A DNA stretch of 61,868 nucleotides, filler included, from Choristocarpus tenellus KU-1152 (taxonomy: Eukaryota; Protista; Phaeophyceae), in assembly GCA_964200185.2 (NCBI GenBank). It is 12 parts of 12 records of this genome, joined end to end, with 100 filler letters (N's around TTAATTAATTAA, not from the genome) between each part and the next. Parts side by side here need not be neighbours in the genome. Positions count along the whole stretch, not along the records: positions 26,914 to 31,714 come from CAXNAD020013009.1; positions 31,815 to 39,508 come from CAXNAD020005743.1; positions 39,609 to 43,584 come from CAXNAD020016832.1; 9 more parts are not named here. One strand, 5' to 3'. The notes beneath the pieces are model-generated. The model saw only the letters and a program-made list of their open reading frames with translations, was not told the DNA's origin and did not search any database. Of the stretch, positions 26,814-39,765 are shown in pieces (position 1 is the stretch's first letter; each line of letters starts with the position of its first letter). A program made the position numbers and the translations under genes.

Positions 26814-29800
26814 NNNNNNNNNNNNNNNNNNNNNNNNNNNNNNNNNNNNNNNNNNNNTTAATTAATTAANNNNNNNNNNNNNNNNNNNNNNNNNNNNNNN
26901 NNNNNNNNNNNNNCACCCCCCCAGATACTTTGGGTCACCCTCTTTACTCCGATCTACAAAAATGTCTTCCTAAAGTAGTATTCCATTCCTTTCTCACCAT
27001 TCGTAGCATTGAATCCAATTTGACCTGCCTCCTATTATCGAGGCAATATATATTATCTTTTGTGACCACTTCTATCCACTAACTCCAAATGTGTACACAT
27101 TACTGAAAGTATGGTTTTCATTTTTTCTTATTGAAACTCCTTCCCGAAACAAGGCGGGGTGAATGAAGAGACTTCGGCATGGTGAGTATTTATGTCTACT
27201 AGTGACCTGTGGACAAGGGGGGACTTTATTGGATCTCTTTCTGTACGGCAGGAGGAATCGTCAACAAGTCGAAAATATTGGGAATTATTCTTTGTTTGTG
27301 CTAAAGGAGATAGGTTCCCCGCATGGCTCATTGTTGAGTTGCAGTTATTTATTTACCATTGAACACAGGGACCAATGTGAAGCCACCATGCTTGGTGTCA
27401 AGACAAAGTGAGATTCGTTTACTGACACCCTTGTGCAAACAAATATTGCTCTCCCGAAAGAGATGATTCCTTCTCCTATGAATCTTTACATCATCTGATA
27501 AGGGTTGGCATTATAGTGTGCCAAATAACACTCAAGGCGTTTGTTCCAACAAGGGGACTTTGTTCATGTAGAACGTTCCAAACTCTGTTAGTATGTCGCA
27601 CACTCCTACTATGTACTTAGTTGATGTGCTAGACGGGGTTGTCCAGTTTTGTAGGCAGTACAACAAGTGAAGCTTGACTCGATCCTTCAGATATCCGAAT
27701 CATATCACATAGTCTGTAACAGCATCCCGCCATGATGTGTTTATTAGAGTATGTCACCAACCACTCAATGAGAAAAGCCTGTGCGGTCCCCTCCCTAATC
27801 ACCTGACCAGAACTCTTCCTGGCTTGCAGGCTGTGGCAATAAATCTGAAGAGGTTGGCCTGGAAGGGAAGTCTCAACCCCAATTTCAAATGATTGCTTCT
27901 ATTTCAGTCCTCATCAGCTTTCCAGAATCAAGGAAACACAGCATGCATTCTAGCAAGACGATAACCAACTAATCAAACGACTTCAATTACAATAATATCA
28001 GTTTAATTTGTAATGAACCCTCCCCATTCAAAAGACTACAAATTTTGCACCAATTGAATGACCTTAATGTTATATCAAGCCGACAACATGCATTTGCCCT
28101 GCAGCATCCCCAGACCTCTCAGTCTCTTCCTCATGATCAGTTGTGCATATTGTCACAATCCTTGGTACTCATATGTAAGTATGCTTTGCTTCGGGAAATG
28201 TTAGCTTACATATCCAAGACCAGATCTGGTCAGAATCTGTTAGTGGTTCACAAAATAGTACTTATAATGCAAACGAATGGTATGTACCCCTGTAAGGTTA
28301 AGATAGATATGTGATGCTTTTTGTTAGGGTAAGAAGTTTGTGCAACATGCTAGCAAAAGAAGCACACATGCAACACATACCTTGAAATAAAATGGTTTGA
28401 CACACTGAATTCCCCAACCCATACGCAGCCCCCACTATGGGTAAGCAAGTATCATCATGCACTATGGTGTTCGCTCTGATAGATGATAGATTATACCATG
28501 GAGTAGTTAGTTTCTTGCTGGAACCAGTTTGTAGCTGAACTCCATAGTTGTTGGGTGTGCTCTCACTATACCCTGTTCCATCCTGTTTCATTGATCTGTG
28601 AGAAATTGTCACAATTCGATACTGCCTGGCAGAACAGTAGACACCATTTTCTCTCTGTTGTCATTTTTTTCAGGGCAATAATGACGTGATCCCTGTCTTC
28701 ACTACCAGATTATAGATACAGGTTGGCACTCGTTCGTACTCATATGGATGCTTGGACAGCCATGGCAAGGGAAGCGTGTGGAAACTAAATTATACCAGAA
28801 CCAAACTGTTCCAGTTTACACAAAATAGCACGACTAGTTGCACCATGATGCATCAAGAAGTCGCAGTGCCTTTCACAGTATGTTGGAAAATTGCTGCTGC
28901 CTCTTATGGTGAATAGGACATGTTGTCAATCCTTCCTGCTCTTCATAGCAGATGGACTAAACAATTGAGCCAAGTGTTTAGCCACTGTTGAGTGCAGCCT
29001 ACAAGCAATGGTGATAAACTAAAATAAAAAATGATGGTAGAAACTTGGGAGAATCAAGCACCTCCTGCATGGTATATTACTGTCTGCTGTACCAACAAAG
29101 ACACAGAATACCCCATGAAATATCTGTATCTAGAGCTACCCAAACAATCTTAATTCTCATTTTACTACCATAGTACAAGGGATTCGTACTCGCTATCAAT
29201 AGTTGCATTGGGATTGAGCTTGGGGGGACCGCCCATCTGGGTACGCCGTACCTCCTAGCACATCTGTGATTGAGATTGTGCCATCAGTTCTTGGATGCCT
29301 CTTTCAATCAAAGTCACTCCAGTGTTCTTAAGTCTGTTTATCATTTTCTGTAATAATATGTTCTTAAGTCTGTTGAGCATATGTTTCCCTCAATCAAAAC
29401 ATCTTTCAATGGATAACCTCGAGTCGATTTCGTAGGAACACGATCAAGAACCCATAGTAAATAAACCAAATGAGGGTGAAATGTATTTCACCTTTTCTTC
29501 TCAATGCCGTAAGGGGCACGCACTATTGCAATCTGTCACCACTAGGAACCCCCAACACAAGCGTACTTGCAGATGTATTGAAATCAGGTGAGACAAATGA
29601 TTACCAATTACTTTGCCAGCAATTGCGCGAAACGGAGAGCTACCCAACAACCATTCTCTACCGCGACTCACATCACCAAGTCCATGCTCCAGTCAATGGG
29701 AAGCACCTGTCAACAGTACAGTAGGTGCTAATGTCTGCTTCAAAGAGTCTTACACCCCACATGCATTCGTGTTTATTAAGTTTTACGCACGGCTACCCCT

Positions 29801-31369
29801 ACTACCAAGCTGCGAGTCATTGCACCATACCAATCAATTGACTTCAATTTTTGCCATGCACTTCTCTGTTCCTGAGGTTGATTCTCAAGGACTATTCCGC
29901 TGCTGGTTCAAATCAGGAGTGATATGACCACAGCTACCATGAGGAACGCTATCATGAATGCAAGCACCAACTGCAGCGCGAGGGCCGGGTGGGGAAGGGA
30001 ACGATTATAAATTACCAGTTGCTAATTGGTTGCTGGGTGTACATGGCAGTCTCTGTTGTGTGCAAATAAAAGGCATAGCATTGCTATCGCATGTAATGCA
30101 CACAATAAATTAGTCATTGAGGTGATTAACCAAGGTTGGATTCTGCCCTTCTTTCCTATCCTTCCGCACAACGCTTCTTCTCCTAGGCATGATCCACACT
30201 CAACAAAAACGCGCAGTGACACTAATGCACTTGCCTGAGCAAGCATGCAGTGCGATATATGCCTTCCGCAACACCCTACCCGCCCACCATTCTCCGTGCT
30301 TCCATCCGAGAATCGCAGAGGACAAAGGCCATCGGGAGGTATGGTGGGAGAATCGTTTGTCATGGTGTGGACATGGGAGTGAATTGGGTAGAAAGAGGTA
30401 ATTCAAATAATATTACTATGATAATAGAAGTTGTTGCGTTTATAATGTGCCTGCCCTGTAGCGATATGCTACCATCTAATAGCGCTACAGAATAGGCAAG
30501 TAATGTTCTTCCTCGTAGTATTTGTCACAGAACTCTCTTTTATGGGCCCTTGGCAGGGGTCTGGTCTCAGCCTGAGGGATATGTCTCCTCCATCTAAAAC
30601 AGCCACACTCTCGCTGCCGGTACGGTCCTTAGGTATGGTTCTCCTTAAGGAAAACCTCTACCACTCTCAACATCCCGAGAAGGACGGTGCTTTTGAAGTA
30701 CGAGAGTCATCAATATGTCAAAGGGTGTTTGTGCATGCCACAGAGTCCAATGATTTCTTGAAGGTGTTTCATGCTCTTTGTGAAAACCCGAACACGTCAC
30801 ATCGCAGGGTGAGACTTCATCATAAAGAGAATCCACAATCCACAATCCACAATCCTGCGATAACCACCGAGAGAGAGGTGGTAAGTGGGGTGGAGATGTA
30901 AAGGAACACAAGGCCTGGCAGTGAAGCCAGATCAAGACCCACCCAAGAACAAGCTATTGCTTTGCAGATTATGTTGGAAAAACCTTCAATTTGTCCCAGA
31001 GCCACTCCCAGCCTTTGCAACTGACAACAATACAGCAATCTCTATCAAAGGTAAAAAATATGAGCAATCAACACCATGATCAGTCAACCCCATCTAGTCT
31101 TCTAAAGACCACTCTATTCAACAAAGGAACCTTCTTGCTTCTTCTGTCTTCACCAATCAAATCCAGGTTCAACGTATCTGGGGGCGCGCTTGACTCCTGA
31201 AGAGAAGTCCATGTTGCTGCCCCGCTTGCCTGGAAATATGTAGATGCCAAAACCTCCTCCAACAACGTTTCTTTTCCCAGACTTGATACAATGTCCCAAT
31301 CTCTGCTACTGCATTTCTACCTCGTCTGGCTGGAAAATCGTAGACAGTAGACCCTCCTCTATTCTTTTT

Positions 31370-31505
31370 TTACCCAAATCATTTAAGAGGGTAGGGCCGC
31401 GTCCGTTCGGGGGTCATAATTCCAATGATGCGATTTTGATGAATTTTGGCTATCGTGTTTGTTAGCAAGTGTCAAAATCCTTGCTCCAGACACACCTTTC
31501 ATACT
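31370..31505 (+). mobile_element. MITE family A, degenerate left half
   Basis: agagggtagggccgcgtcc...gaattttggctatcgtgtttgttag...ccttgctccagacacaccttt matches 23975-24095. Confidence 0.75.
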
Positions 31506-31643
31506 TAAAAACACTTTAGGTAACAGTGTTCACACAGAAAACGAAAAAAGGACTTAAAAATATCGTCTTAAATGCTATGGGTCTTTCTACACTTGATCCA
31601 ATTCCACCCTCTCTTCTCCTACCACCTTTTCATCAGGGGTATT

Positions 31644-31714
31644 TGTTAAAGTATCCCCAAAATCATCAAAGAACATAAAGGTGATAAACCTGGCGAGATT
31701 GCTTGGTGTCTGTA
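31644..31714 (-). mobile_element. Copia LTR end, truncated by contig end
   Basis: tgttaaagtatccccaaaatcatcaaag...gcgagattgcttggtgtctgta is nearly identical to 26311-26381. Confidence 0.8.
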
Positions 31715-31825
31715 NNNNNNNNNNNNNNNNNNNNNNNNNNNNNNNNNNNNNNNNNNNNTTAATTAATTAANNNNNNNNNNNNNNNNNNNNNNNNNNNNNN
31801 NNNNNNNNNNNNNNAGGCACTTCTT

Positions 31826-31995
31826 ATGGGGGATGGGAGGGGGGGGGTTGTGAGGTGGCGTTCGTTTCGGTCAAACAACTCATTTTTTGCTGATATTGCA
31901 AATCCGACACGTGCAACCAAATCACACTAAAAAAGTGAAAATCGAAAAAAGGGTGAAAAATGGACGCCGACACCCCCCCCCAGATACTTTGACCC
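31826..31995 (+). mobile_element. MITE family G (poly-G/poly-C TIR), Sola2-like right end
   Basis: Ends in aaaatggacgccgaca(C)n agatactttgaccc. The same terminus occurs at about 7-50, 16355-16375 (rev), 20089-20127, 25410-25462, 26914-26936, 31146-31165 (rev), 41840-41885, 43685-43739, 53966-53987 and 61827-61856 (rev). Confidence 0.75.
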
Positions 31996-32259
31996 TGTTC
32001 GCCCATTGATTGGAAAGGAGAGATGGTGGGGGCTGACTGCCTCATGGTGTTGCAAGGTCATCGCAAACGAGTTTGAATTTTCTGTATGATTATGTGACAG
32101 GAGTCGAGAGAGGTACGATGACCAGCATGCAATGTGCATTTCCTTGGACATGTCCCACAATCAGAACGGGCATTGCAACCTGAAGAAAACCATGGTCACT
32201 GTGTGCAAGATCTCTTGAGTTCATTGAATGTCCTATCACAAATGGACAGCCAAGTTGAA

Positions 32260-33200
32260 GTTGGTGCTCAACACGTTGCACTTGGTGGCAAAGTGTGATG
32301 AGGTGAAGACGATATGTCAGTAGACCGAACACTTGTTATCCCATGGAAAGAAGCATAGGGTTGAGTTTGTGTTCATTCATATTTCAAGGAAAGGGGAATA
32401 GGGGATGGTTGTGGAACACATGTACGACTGGGTGAATGTAGGATGAGAGGTGGTTCTACATGATGGGGGAGGACACAAGAATCTATACCCCGCCTGGTGA
32501 GGACATTCTCATCCCCCCTAAGGAAAAGATCAAGCGGTTCATCACAAAACGGTGTTTCTCGTGGTTGTGGCTGAACCTCAGAAGCTATCAAACGGGGTCT
32601 GGTTCGATAATGCCAAGATTAGCATCTGGCTGGTCATCGAGGCCTTGAAGGCAAAGTGCTCCAGCAAGAATCGTGGTGCTGCCACCATGGAAATAAACCG
32701 GTTAACATGGATGGGGGAAAATACAAGCACGTGATGATTGATGAAGTCATGCCTGTTATCTAGGGAAGGATGCCAGGGGGGGTTAACACAAATCATCGTC
32801 ATCCAGTGGGATGGTGCAAAGCCACACGCCAAGGGTGGGCTCATTGAAGCCATTGTGATGCAGGGGGGAGCAGCATCACACTGAAAACAAAGCCAATCAA
32901 TTCACCCGACCTTAGTGTTCTCAACCTGAGCTCCTTCCACTTCATCCAGCAACTAGAGGATGACGTTGGGATATCAGTGTCAAGGAGGTGGTTGAGGCCT
33001 TGGCTGGGGCGTTCAACGAATACCTCCTAATGCGCTGTTATCTCTCCCCCTTTTCATCTCTACTGTGAAGTCCTTGGGTGCAACGGTGACAACAATTTCA
33101 AGATGGCTCACCGTACTGGCATTGACAAGGTACAAAAGGAAGGGAAACTACCTGCTGACACCTTGGTGGATGAGGAAAATACCGCATTAGGCAGGGATTT
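32260..33200 (+). mobile_element. Plant-type (DD39D) mariner-like transposase pseudogene
   Basis: Frameshifted motifs DERWFY, KRFITK.VFLVVVAEP...WFDNAKISIW...SSKNRGAATME, IQWDGAKPH, NSPDLSVLNL and NNFKMAH...EGKLP. These match the DD39D consensus (DEKWFY, KVMFL.AVARPR, FDGKIGIWPF, QQDNARPH, PNSPDLNILDL). Confidence 0.85.
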
Positions 33201-34316
33201 CTTATGGCTCCATAGCGGCTGGCATAAAATAAGTTGACTCAAAGTCGGATTCATCCTATTTGCTTTTTCACACATTCCCATCTCAACCAGTGCATGTAAA
33301 AAGTGTTTCTCATGCTCACAGCATTCTTGTCTTACAGTACTACATGTTTTTCGTTAAAACGCACCTCGATGAAATGACAAGTTTTATTGCTCACCATGTA
33401 ATAGTGAGGGTGGGAGTACCATGTTCATCTTTAAGTTTGTAGAACTTAGTGACAGTCCAAAAATCATTCTCACATGGAATTCCAAAAGAATGATAGAAGG
33501 TAACACGCCGAAGGTTTGAGTATTGTTGGATCAGGTATTTAACTTACATGAGACAATTGGTGTCAAATCAACACAACAATGACAAGTAACAGAGTGTGTG
33601 GTTCCTCTTACCACAGGACAGTTTAGGTAGGGTTGGGAACCAGACTCAAAGTGTAAGAATAATAATATAAACAAAAAATGAATACCATTACAGTAATTTG
33701 ATTGCTCGCCACTTATCCTTGCGTATTAAGATCTATGATTGGGGTTATGATTGATTTATTGATCATCACAAATTACTTCGATCCATAATGCAATGGTGCT
33801 AATCAATTCCACAATTGTTGTGGAGAGAAAGCAACATAATAATAGGACATGTTTGGACTGGTGGTCAGAAAGGCATATAAAAAGAGAACAGAAAAATAAG
33901 TGTCTAAAAAAACCCCTCCATTGCTATGGACAATTAAAAAAAGTAATGTTTAAAATGAACATATTCAAGAGTACGCATGATAAGAAGAAGAGATACAAAG
34001 TGGAACAATAATTTGTGTACAAAATAGAAATAAAAAACAGACAAATAATGTATAAATCCACAATATGTGAATAGTGTGACAGTGCGTGGTTCCTCACGCA
34101 AGGGTGGCCAAGAGAATCACCTACCTGCCAAAACGAACCAGACGAACGAAGACAAGTCGTAACCGAGAGGACGAGGTTATGGTTGAACAAGTGCAAGACT
34201 GAAAGGACTTGCAGGAAAAATTGTGTAACTGAGAAAGTGGGGAGGATCACGATTCCACGGAAAAACGTACTCATTAAGAGACGTGACGGGAAGACACGGA
34301 AACCAATCACTCCGAA

Positions 34317-34548
34317 TATTTTTATTATTATGCCCTCTGAATTTTTGCAGATGTGTCAGGGGGGAAACCAATCAAAACTATATATATGTCGTTACTAGCC
34401 CTAAAGAAATAAAATATCCTAAACATAAGAACACTATAAAACATTGTAAGTGTGGAAACCACTAACCAGTTACTTCACCACTACTATCAAATTTGTACTA
34501 CTGTCTTCCTTATCCTCCCATCTACCTACTCCTGTGCCCCGGGGGGGG
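34317..34548 (-). repeat. Dispersed ~230-bp repeat ending in a stem-loop and (TAA)n tail (SINE or LINE-3'-end-like)
   Basis: Copies at 34317-34548 (-), 34580-34650 (+, 3' end only), 35958-36180 (-), 39971-40060 (-) and a degenerate one at 59837-59888 (-). The 3' end is CCCCTGACAC..loop..TGTCAGAGGG-CATAATAAT. Confidence 0.7.
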
Positions 34549-34859
34549 GAACTAAGGAAGCATCCCAAGAATCGTGTATAGTTTTCAAGTTTTCATTGGT
34601 TTCCCCTCTGACACATCTCCAAAATGTCAGCGGGCGTAATAATAAAAATAAAAAAAAAGGAAAAGTTGAAGAACTCAATACGGTGAAAAAAGGGAGAGAT
34701 CAACTAGTCCCTTCTCCCACACAACCTCCGCCCCCCCTACAAAAAGAAGAGACGGATATTCTATCCAGGACGAAGGACCACAGTGAGTCCAATGAGGGGC
34801 ATGCATCCATCAAATTTACACACCACAAAAAATAATTGAATCAAGTCCGATACATCCAC

Positions 34860-35905
34860 CAGCAACATGTAGATACTCCAACAATTCCCAGGATATCCCA
34901 ATCGATAGATCCCATACCCCAAGTTCCACAGATATGTTTCAGGTCTGTTTGGTGACTTTGTGGTCACTTTCATGTGGTGAGCTGTAGCTGCTTTGGTCTC
35001 CCTATTCGTGGTATGTTGGCCACCCATCAAGTTTTCGCTCCACCCTCCACTCCATCCTCGATACATCTGTAATACCAGTTCAGGTCTTCTGCACGTACAT
35101 CCTACTCTTCAGCTGAGATCTTGAAACACTTAAGGTCGGCTTTGAGGCACCACCACCAGTTATTCCCTGGTCCTCCCAGCCTCCCCTTCGGTTTCTTACC
35201 TACAATTTCCCTGAATATCATTTTCTCGGACAAAAGCGAGCATTATCCTTGGGTACGCCACTAAAATGGTAAACATAACCCCCCGCTCACAAATAGTCGC
35301 CCCCCATGCTTTCACACCTAGTTCTCGGTAGTGCTTCCCTGTATGACAACGGGAGATTCGTACGTTTTCGTTTTGGAAACAGATGCAGTAAAGGAGGAAC
35401 TTGGGGGTTTATGAAGCTGGGTATAGTGGTCTATTTTGAGTGTCCAAGTTGCACTGCAATTTGGCCTTGAGCACCCGAATCTTCAGAATAAGTGATACGT
35501 CAACTGCTCATTCGTGTAGAGCCGTCCTCCTGTTGGATCTCATGATGGATCTCCGAGGTGATATCAGCATCATCACTGATTGAGAGTCCGATAACTTGTA
35601 AGTCGACTTATTCTTTGCCCAGCTGCCTTGATTCCGAGCACTCCTTATTCACTTATCTATGCACAAGCTCGTACTCCAACACGAAATTGACGAATGACTG
35701 AAATGATCTTGCTTGGAACACCAAACTTGCCCAGTATTGTTCTGAGGACGTCCAAACCGATAAGAGCCAAATATCTACGGCAGGTCAATAAATCTTATGT
35801 AAAAGGTGGTGCTCTTCGCTCGTTCAAGCTTTAGCAAGGCACCCACCAACAACATCAGTTCAATGTGGATTATCGAGGTTGGGAACCACAATACTCCTCT
35901 GTTTG
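34860..35905 (-). mobile_element. RTE-clade non-LTR retrotransposon RT remnant (internally deleted, many stops)
   Basis: Decayed motifs in order: CGSQPR.ST, FIDL, KFGVPSKIISVIRQF, ISDDADITSEI, LKIRVLKA, ATWTL, FLLYCI..LSYREAL..T.CES, MIFREIVG...GGPGNNWW.CLK.DL. Confidence 0.8.
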
Positions 35906-36846
35906 AAGGTCAAAATAGGGTGGTGGGTATGGTGCAACAAATAGAAAGGTATAATATATATTATTATGCCGTCTGACATTTTGCAGAAGAAGATGATGTG
36001 TCAGGGGGAAAACCAATGAAAACTATACATCTGTAATTTATTAGCCCTAAAGCAATAAAATATCCTAAACATTGTAAGTCTGGAAACCACTATCTATCAG
36101 TTACTTCCCCAATATAAAATATTGTACTACTTGCTGTTGTCCTTTGCTTCCCATCTACCTACTCCTGTGCCCCGAGGTGGAGCAAGGTATAATATTGTTG
36201 GAACTTTTAATTCCAACATTTAGAATTTTAATAAAGGTTTTAGAGGAGGAGTTTCACACGAGAACACAAAAAAGTGTCTTGCTTTATCCCACTGTCTTAG
36301 ATATATCCTATATAGCGTCAATGGTATTCATCGAATTATTACCGTCAACTAAACTAATAACCTGTAATTCCTATCTGCATACAACTAACTACTACTTGTA
36401 GTTGTAGAACAAAAGAGATCAAAGAGGATTTGAGGAACCTGTCCTTTACATGTGATGTGTTCCATATCCACCAGACCCTTCCATCAGCAAGCAGTCCCGA
36501 CATCTGAACCCCGAACTCGAAATAAATTGGTGTAAAATTTTGTCACAACCGTAATGAGCTACTGGATTAGGGATTGTACACACTTTCACTTCAGTTAGCA
36601 CTCTGTCAGTGTGGCTACCTGGTAGCTATTGTGTTACTCCTGTGCTATCAGGCATCAGGTGGGAGATTATCTGAGTAAAGGGACTCCAACTCGACTATTG
36701 TGAACAATTGGTGACAACCACGCAATACAAACCCAATATCCTCGCATACGCGGATGGATGGGGGATGTGTGCGACTGCTGCGGCACCTTTAAGCAAAGAA
36801 ACGAGACTTGAACAACCCTGCGTCCTATCAGCACCTGAATCCTGGG

Positions 36847-39508
36847 ATGCGCTTGAGTCGATGCTTTTTCGTCTTCGGTGCGATCGCACTTGTGGTGTCC
36901 TTGTTTCCACTGCTGCTACGGAAGCCCAACCAAACGACTCCTAGGAGCACAAATCATACGCCTGTTCTCGTTCTTCCTCCTCAAGGCGCACATTTTGTGA
37001 TTGCAACTCTCGACATCCAAAAGTGAGGTCAATGAAAATGTGTAGATTGGACCCCTATTTCGTTTAGTATCTGGCAGCTCCATCGCATCCAACGCATCAG
37101 GTACGTGAAGGGCCACACTCACAATCGCTGTCACTTGGACGCCCTTGTGTCTTTTCGTGTGCATCTACGCTGTCCCTTAATCGACAGGACTGCGTCCACC
37201 CTCCTCAATGGCTTGTTCTGCGAGGCGTTGGAGGAACTCAACCTTCAGCGCGGCGTAGTGATGGGCACCTTCCGCAGTGCAATGCGAAGGCATGGTCCTA
37301 GCGCTAGAGAAACTGAGCAGGAGGAAGTGAAGCTGGAAGTGGAGATTGAATCACAACCGGAGGTTTTTTTCCGACCAAGTCCTAAGAGGAAGCCTGTGGG
37401 GAAAAGATTCCAAAAACCGGTCCCGAGGCGACCCCCAGAAGGACGTCAATTACTGGAAGAAGGTAGAGCAGTTTCGGATACCCCTCCCATTTGGGAGGTG
37501 AAAGAGCCAAACAAGAGCTTTTTTCGATACTATGAGCATGGGAGAGCTCTCTTGTGGTCTCACAATCTATGCAGTAGGAATCAAATAAAAAATCTGAGGT
37601 GGTGCCCACACCACCCAGACTCAGACAAGGCACGCCAGTGTGTAGGGGAGCGATTTGGTCGCATATTTTCTGAGGATGTGCCCCATATGGTGTATGTTAC
37701 CTTCTTGAGGGACCCAGTGCAGAGGGTGGCCTCTGAGTATCACCATCTCAAGGGCAACCTCCACACAGGAATGCGCGGTTCTTGGCTGCGCTACCAGCCC
37801 AAGCTCTGTAATGGTACTGTGGTCAATACCATGGCAGAGTGGAGGAAGGACATTGAAGGTGAAGAGGACATTGGGACTCCACCACCAGGGTATCGGAGAG
37901 CAATGAAGCAATGGGTAGAAGTTGGGAAAGCTAATCCTGCCAACAATCGCATGGTGAGGCATATTGCTGGACCGTTTAGCTGTGCTAACACAGTGGAAGA
38001 AGCAGTCCTTGATGAAGACTGGATGATAAAATCTGCTATACAAAACCTGCGGGCGAACGTCATTTTTGGGTTTCAGGTGTGAACATGTGTGCTTTTGACT
38101 GCTACATATTGTAGAGGGCTTCCATAAATAGGAAGGCTGATGGATTCTGGGATGAAGTTTTGGTGCTGGTCACTATGTTTGACTGCTGATATTGTTTTAG
38201 TAGAGTGGTGCTTGGAATTGTGATGGATGTGATGAACGAGGATGGGGATAGAGTAAGAGATGCCCCCTAGCTGTGTTCATGAGGTTGCATTTTGTATATC
38301 CAAAAGTGGCTTGAGTGAGAAAATGAGTACAGGCTTGGTTGGGTTTAAGTGTGCCATATGCCCTTTTCAGGTGAAGACACCTACAACACACACAGGTTTG
38401 AAGTGTAGCAGATGTGTAAGACTTGTGGGGAAATTGGTTCTCACAAGCAGGAACCCATTGGCTCTATCCATCTGTCTCTCCTCGAGTTGTTCTTGTGTCT
38501 CATCCAGACCAGCTCTCAGTGCTGCGAGTGATTTTTAGTTTTTCTTCAGTATAACCTTTTGTGGGTGAAGTATATATTTCTTTAATACAATAAATATTTT
38601 TGGGGGTAATCATCGTGGACATAGCCTTGTCTGGCCTATTCTTTTGTCAGTGCACACTAGGCAGCAGGGGGAGAACATTCTCGCGCCATATGTCATCTTT
38701 ATAGAAGACTGCTTGTGATCTTTTGTAAATAGCAACCCTAACCTTGAAAGCTTGATACCCAAATGTTTACAGCGTTAATTGCAATTGCTCCCAGAATGAG
38801 GACTAAGCGATACTGAGTCCCTGTCAACGAACATTTTTTTTGTGAGCCTTGTGTAGAAAACAAAATCCCTGTCTGTGTCTTAAGGTCATGTTCTTATTTC
38901 AGCGTGACCCTCACCCTCTCATGGAACAGTATCTACAATTTGAGTCAAAGTATCTTAGAGGGTAGAGCCACGTCCATTTGGGGACCAAAATCCAATATTG
39001 TGATTTTGATGTAATTTTGGCTATGGTGTTTGTTAGGAAATGTCAATATGCTTGTTCCAGACACACCTTTTCATAACATATACATTTTACCTACTCCAAA
39101 CCATTTCAGAGTAGGAAAATGTCATAAAAAAAAACCCCGTGGGAAGCCAAGCCCCAAATGGACAAACAGGGCAAAACTCACACCCTCTAACATACTTTCT
39201 TTCACTCATTTATTCTTGCTCGTTACACAAGCTCACGCCTTCATCCTAAGCCCACCCCCCGTCCCCCATTCTCCTCCCCATACCCTGTTATTACCAGGAT
39301 CGTGTACAAGAAAGCTTGGAGCTGATGAACATGCAGATCCAGGAGCTCCTAAAGCAGGCGAATGTTCCAGTGGGCACGCCAAAGGAAGGAAAGGGTTGGA
39401 TTCCTTCTCACAATCCCAAGTTTGTTCTTGGAAGCGGGGCGTCAGACATCGAGATGGTCAATACTGGCCACGCAAGAGGGGGGGGGAATGGCAGGGGGGC
39501 ATCCAAGG
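36847..39508 (+). CDS. Heparan-sulfate 6-O-sulfotransferase-like type II Golgi membrane sulfotransferase (Sulfotransfer_2-like), 3'-truncated by contig end
   Basis: Exon 1 (36847-37022) encodes a TM anchor, MRLSRCFFVFGAIALVVSLFPLLL. Splicing AA|gt...ag|G to exon 2 (37188-38076) creates the 5'-PSB motif LDIQKTAST. Exon 2 also has WCPHHPD, YVTFLRDPVQRVASEY (3'-PB), NPANNRMVRHIA and SAIQNLR..IFGFQ. Exon 3 starts at 39298 (DRVQESLELM). Confidence 0.85.
38942..39207 (+). mobile_element. MITE family A, full copy in intron 2 of the sulfotransferase
   Basis: Same TIRs as the 23963 copy, with an exact 4-bp TSD, ATTT, at 38938-38941 and 39208-39211. Confidence 0.9.
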
Positions 39509-39765
39509 NNNNNNNNNNNNNNNNNNNNNNNNNNNNNNNNNNNNNNNNNNNNTTAATTAATTAANNNNNNNNNNNNNNNNNNNNNNNNNNNNNNNNNNNN
39601 NNNNNNNNGTATCAAATGGGCATAGTTATTTTGGCGGCATTGTCTTCGTTGGGCATTTTGTATTAGCAAGAGAACGGCACCTGCGGGTAGGCAGTCTTTC
39701 CCTGACACAGCCATCGCCTTTTTGAGGCATTGTCACCAGTTGAGCTTGACGACAATAAATCCTTA

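Noticed and set aside
27300-31260. Possible Gypsy integrase or other retroelement remnants
   Set aside because: Only faint fragments (e.g. TAYK, AHYNANP) among many stops, too weak to assign.
6355-39508. Apparent functional clusters (SNX next to VPS18; two sulfotransferases)
   Set aside because: The genes are on separate contigs joined artificially.
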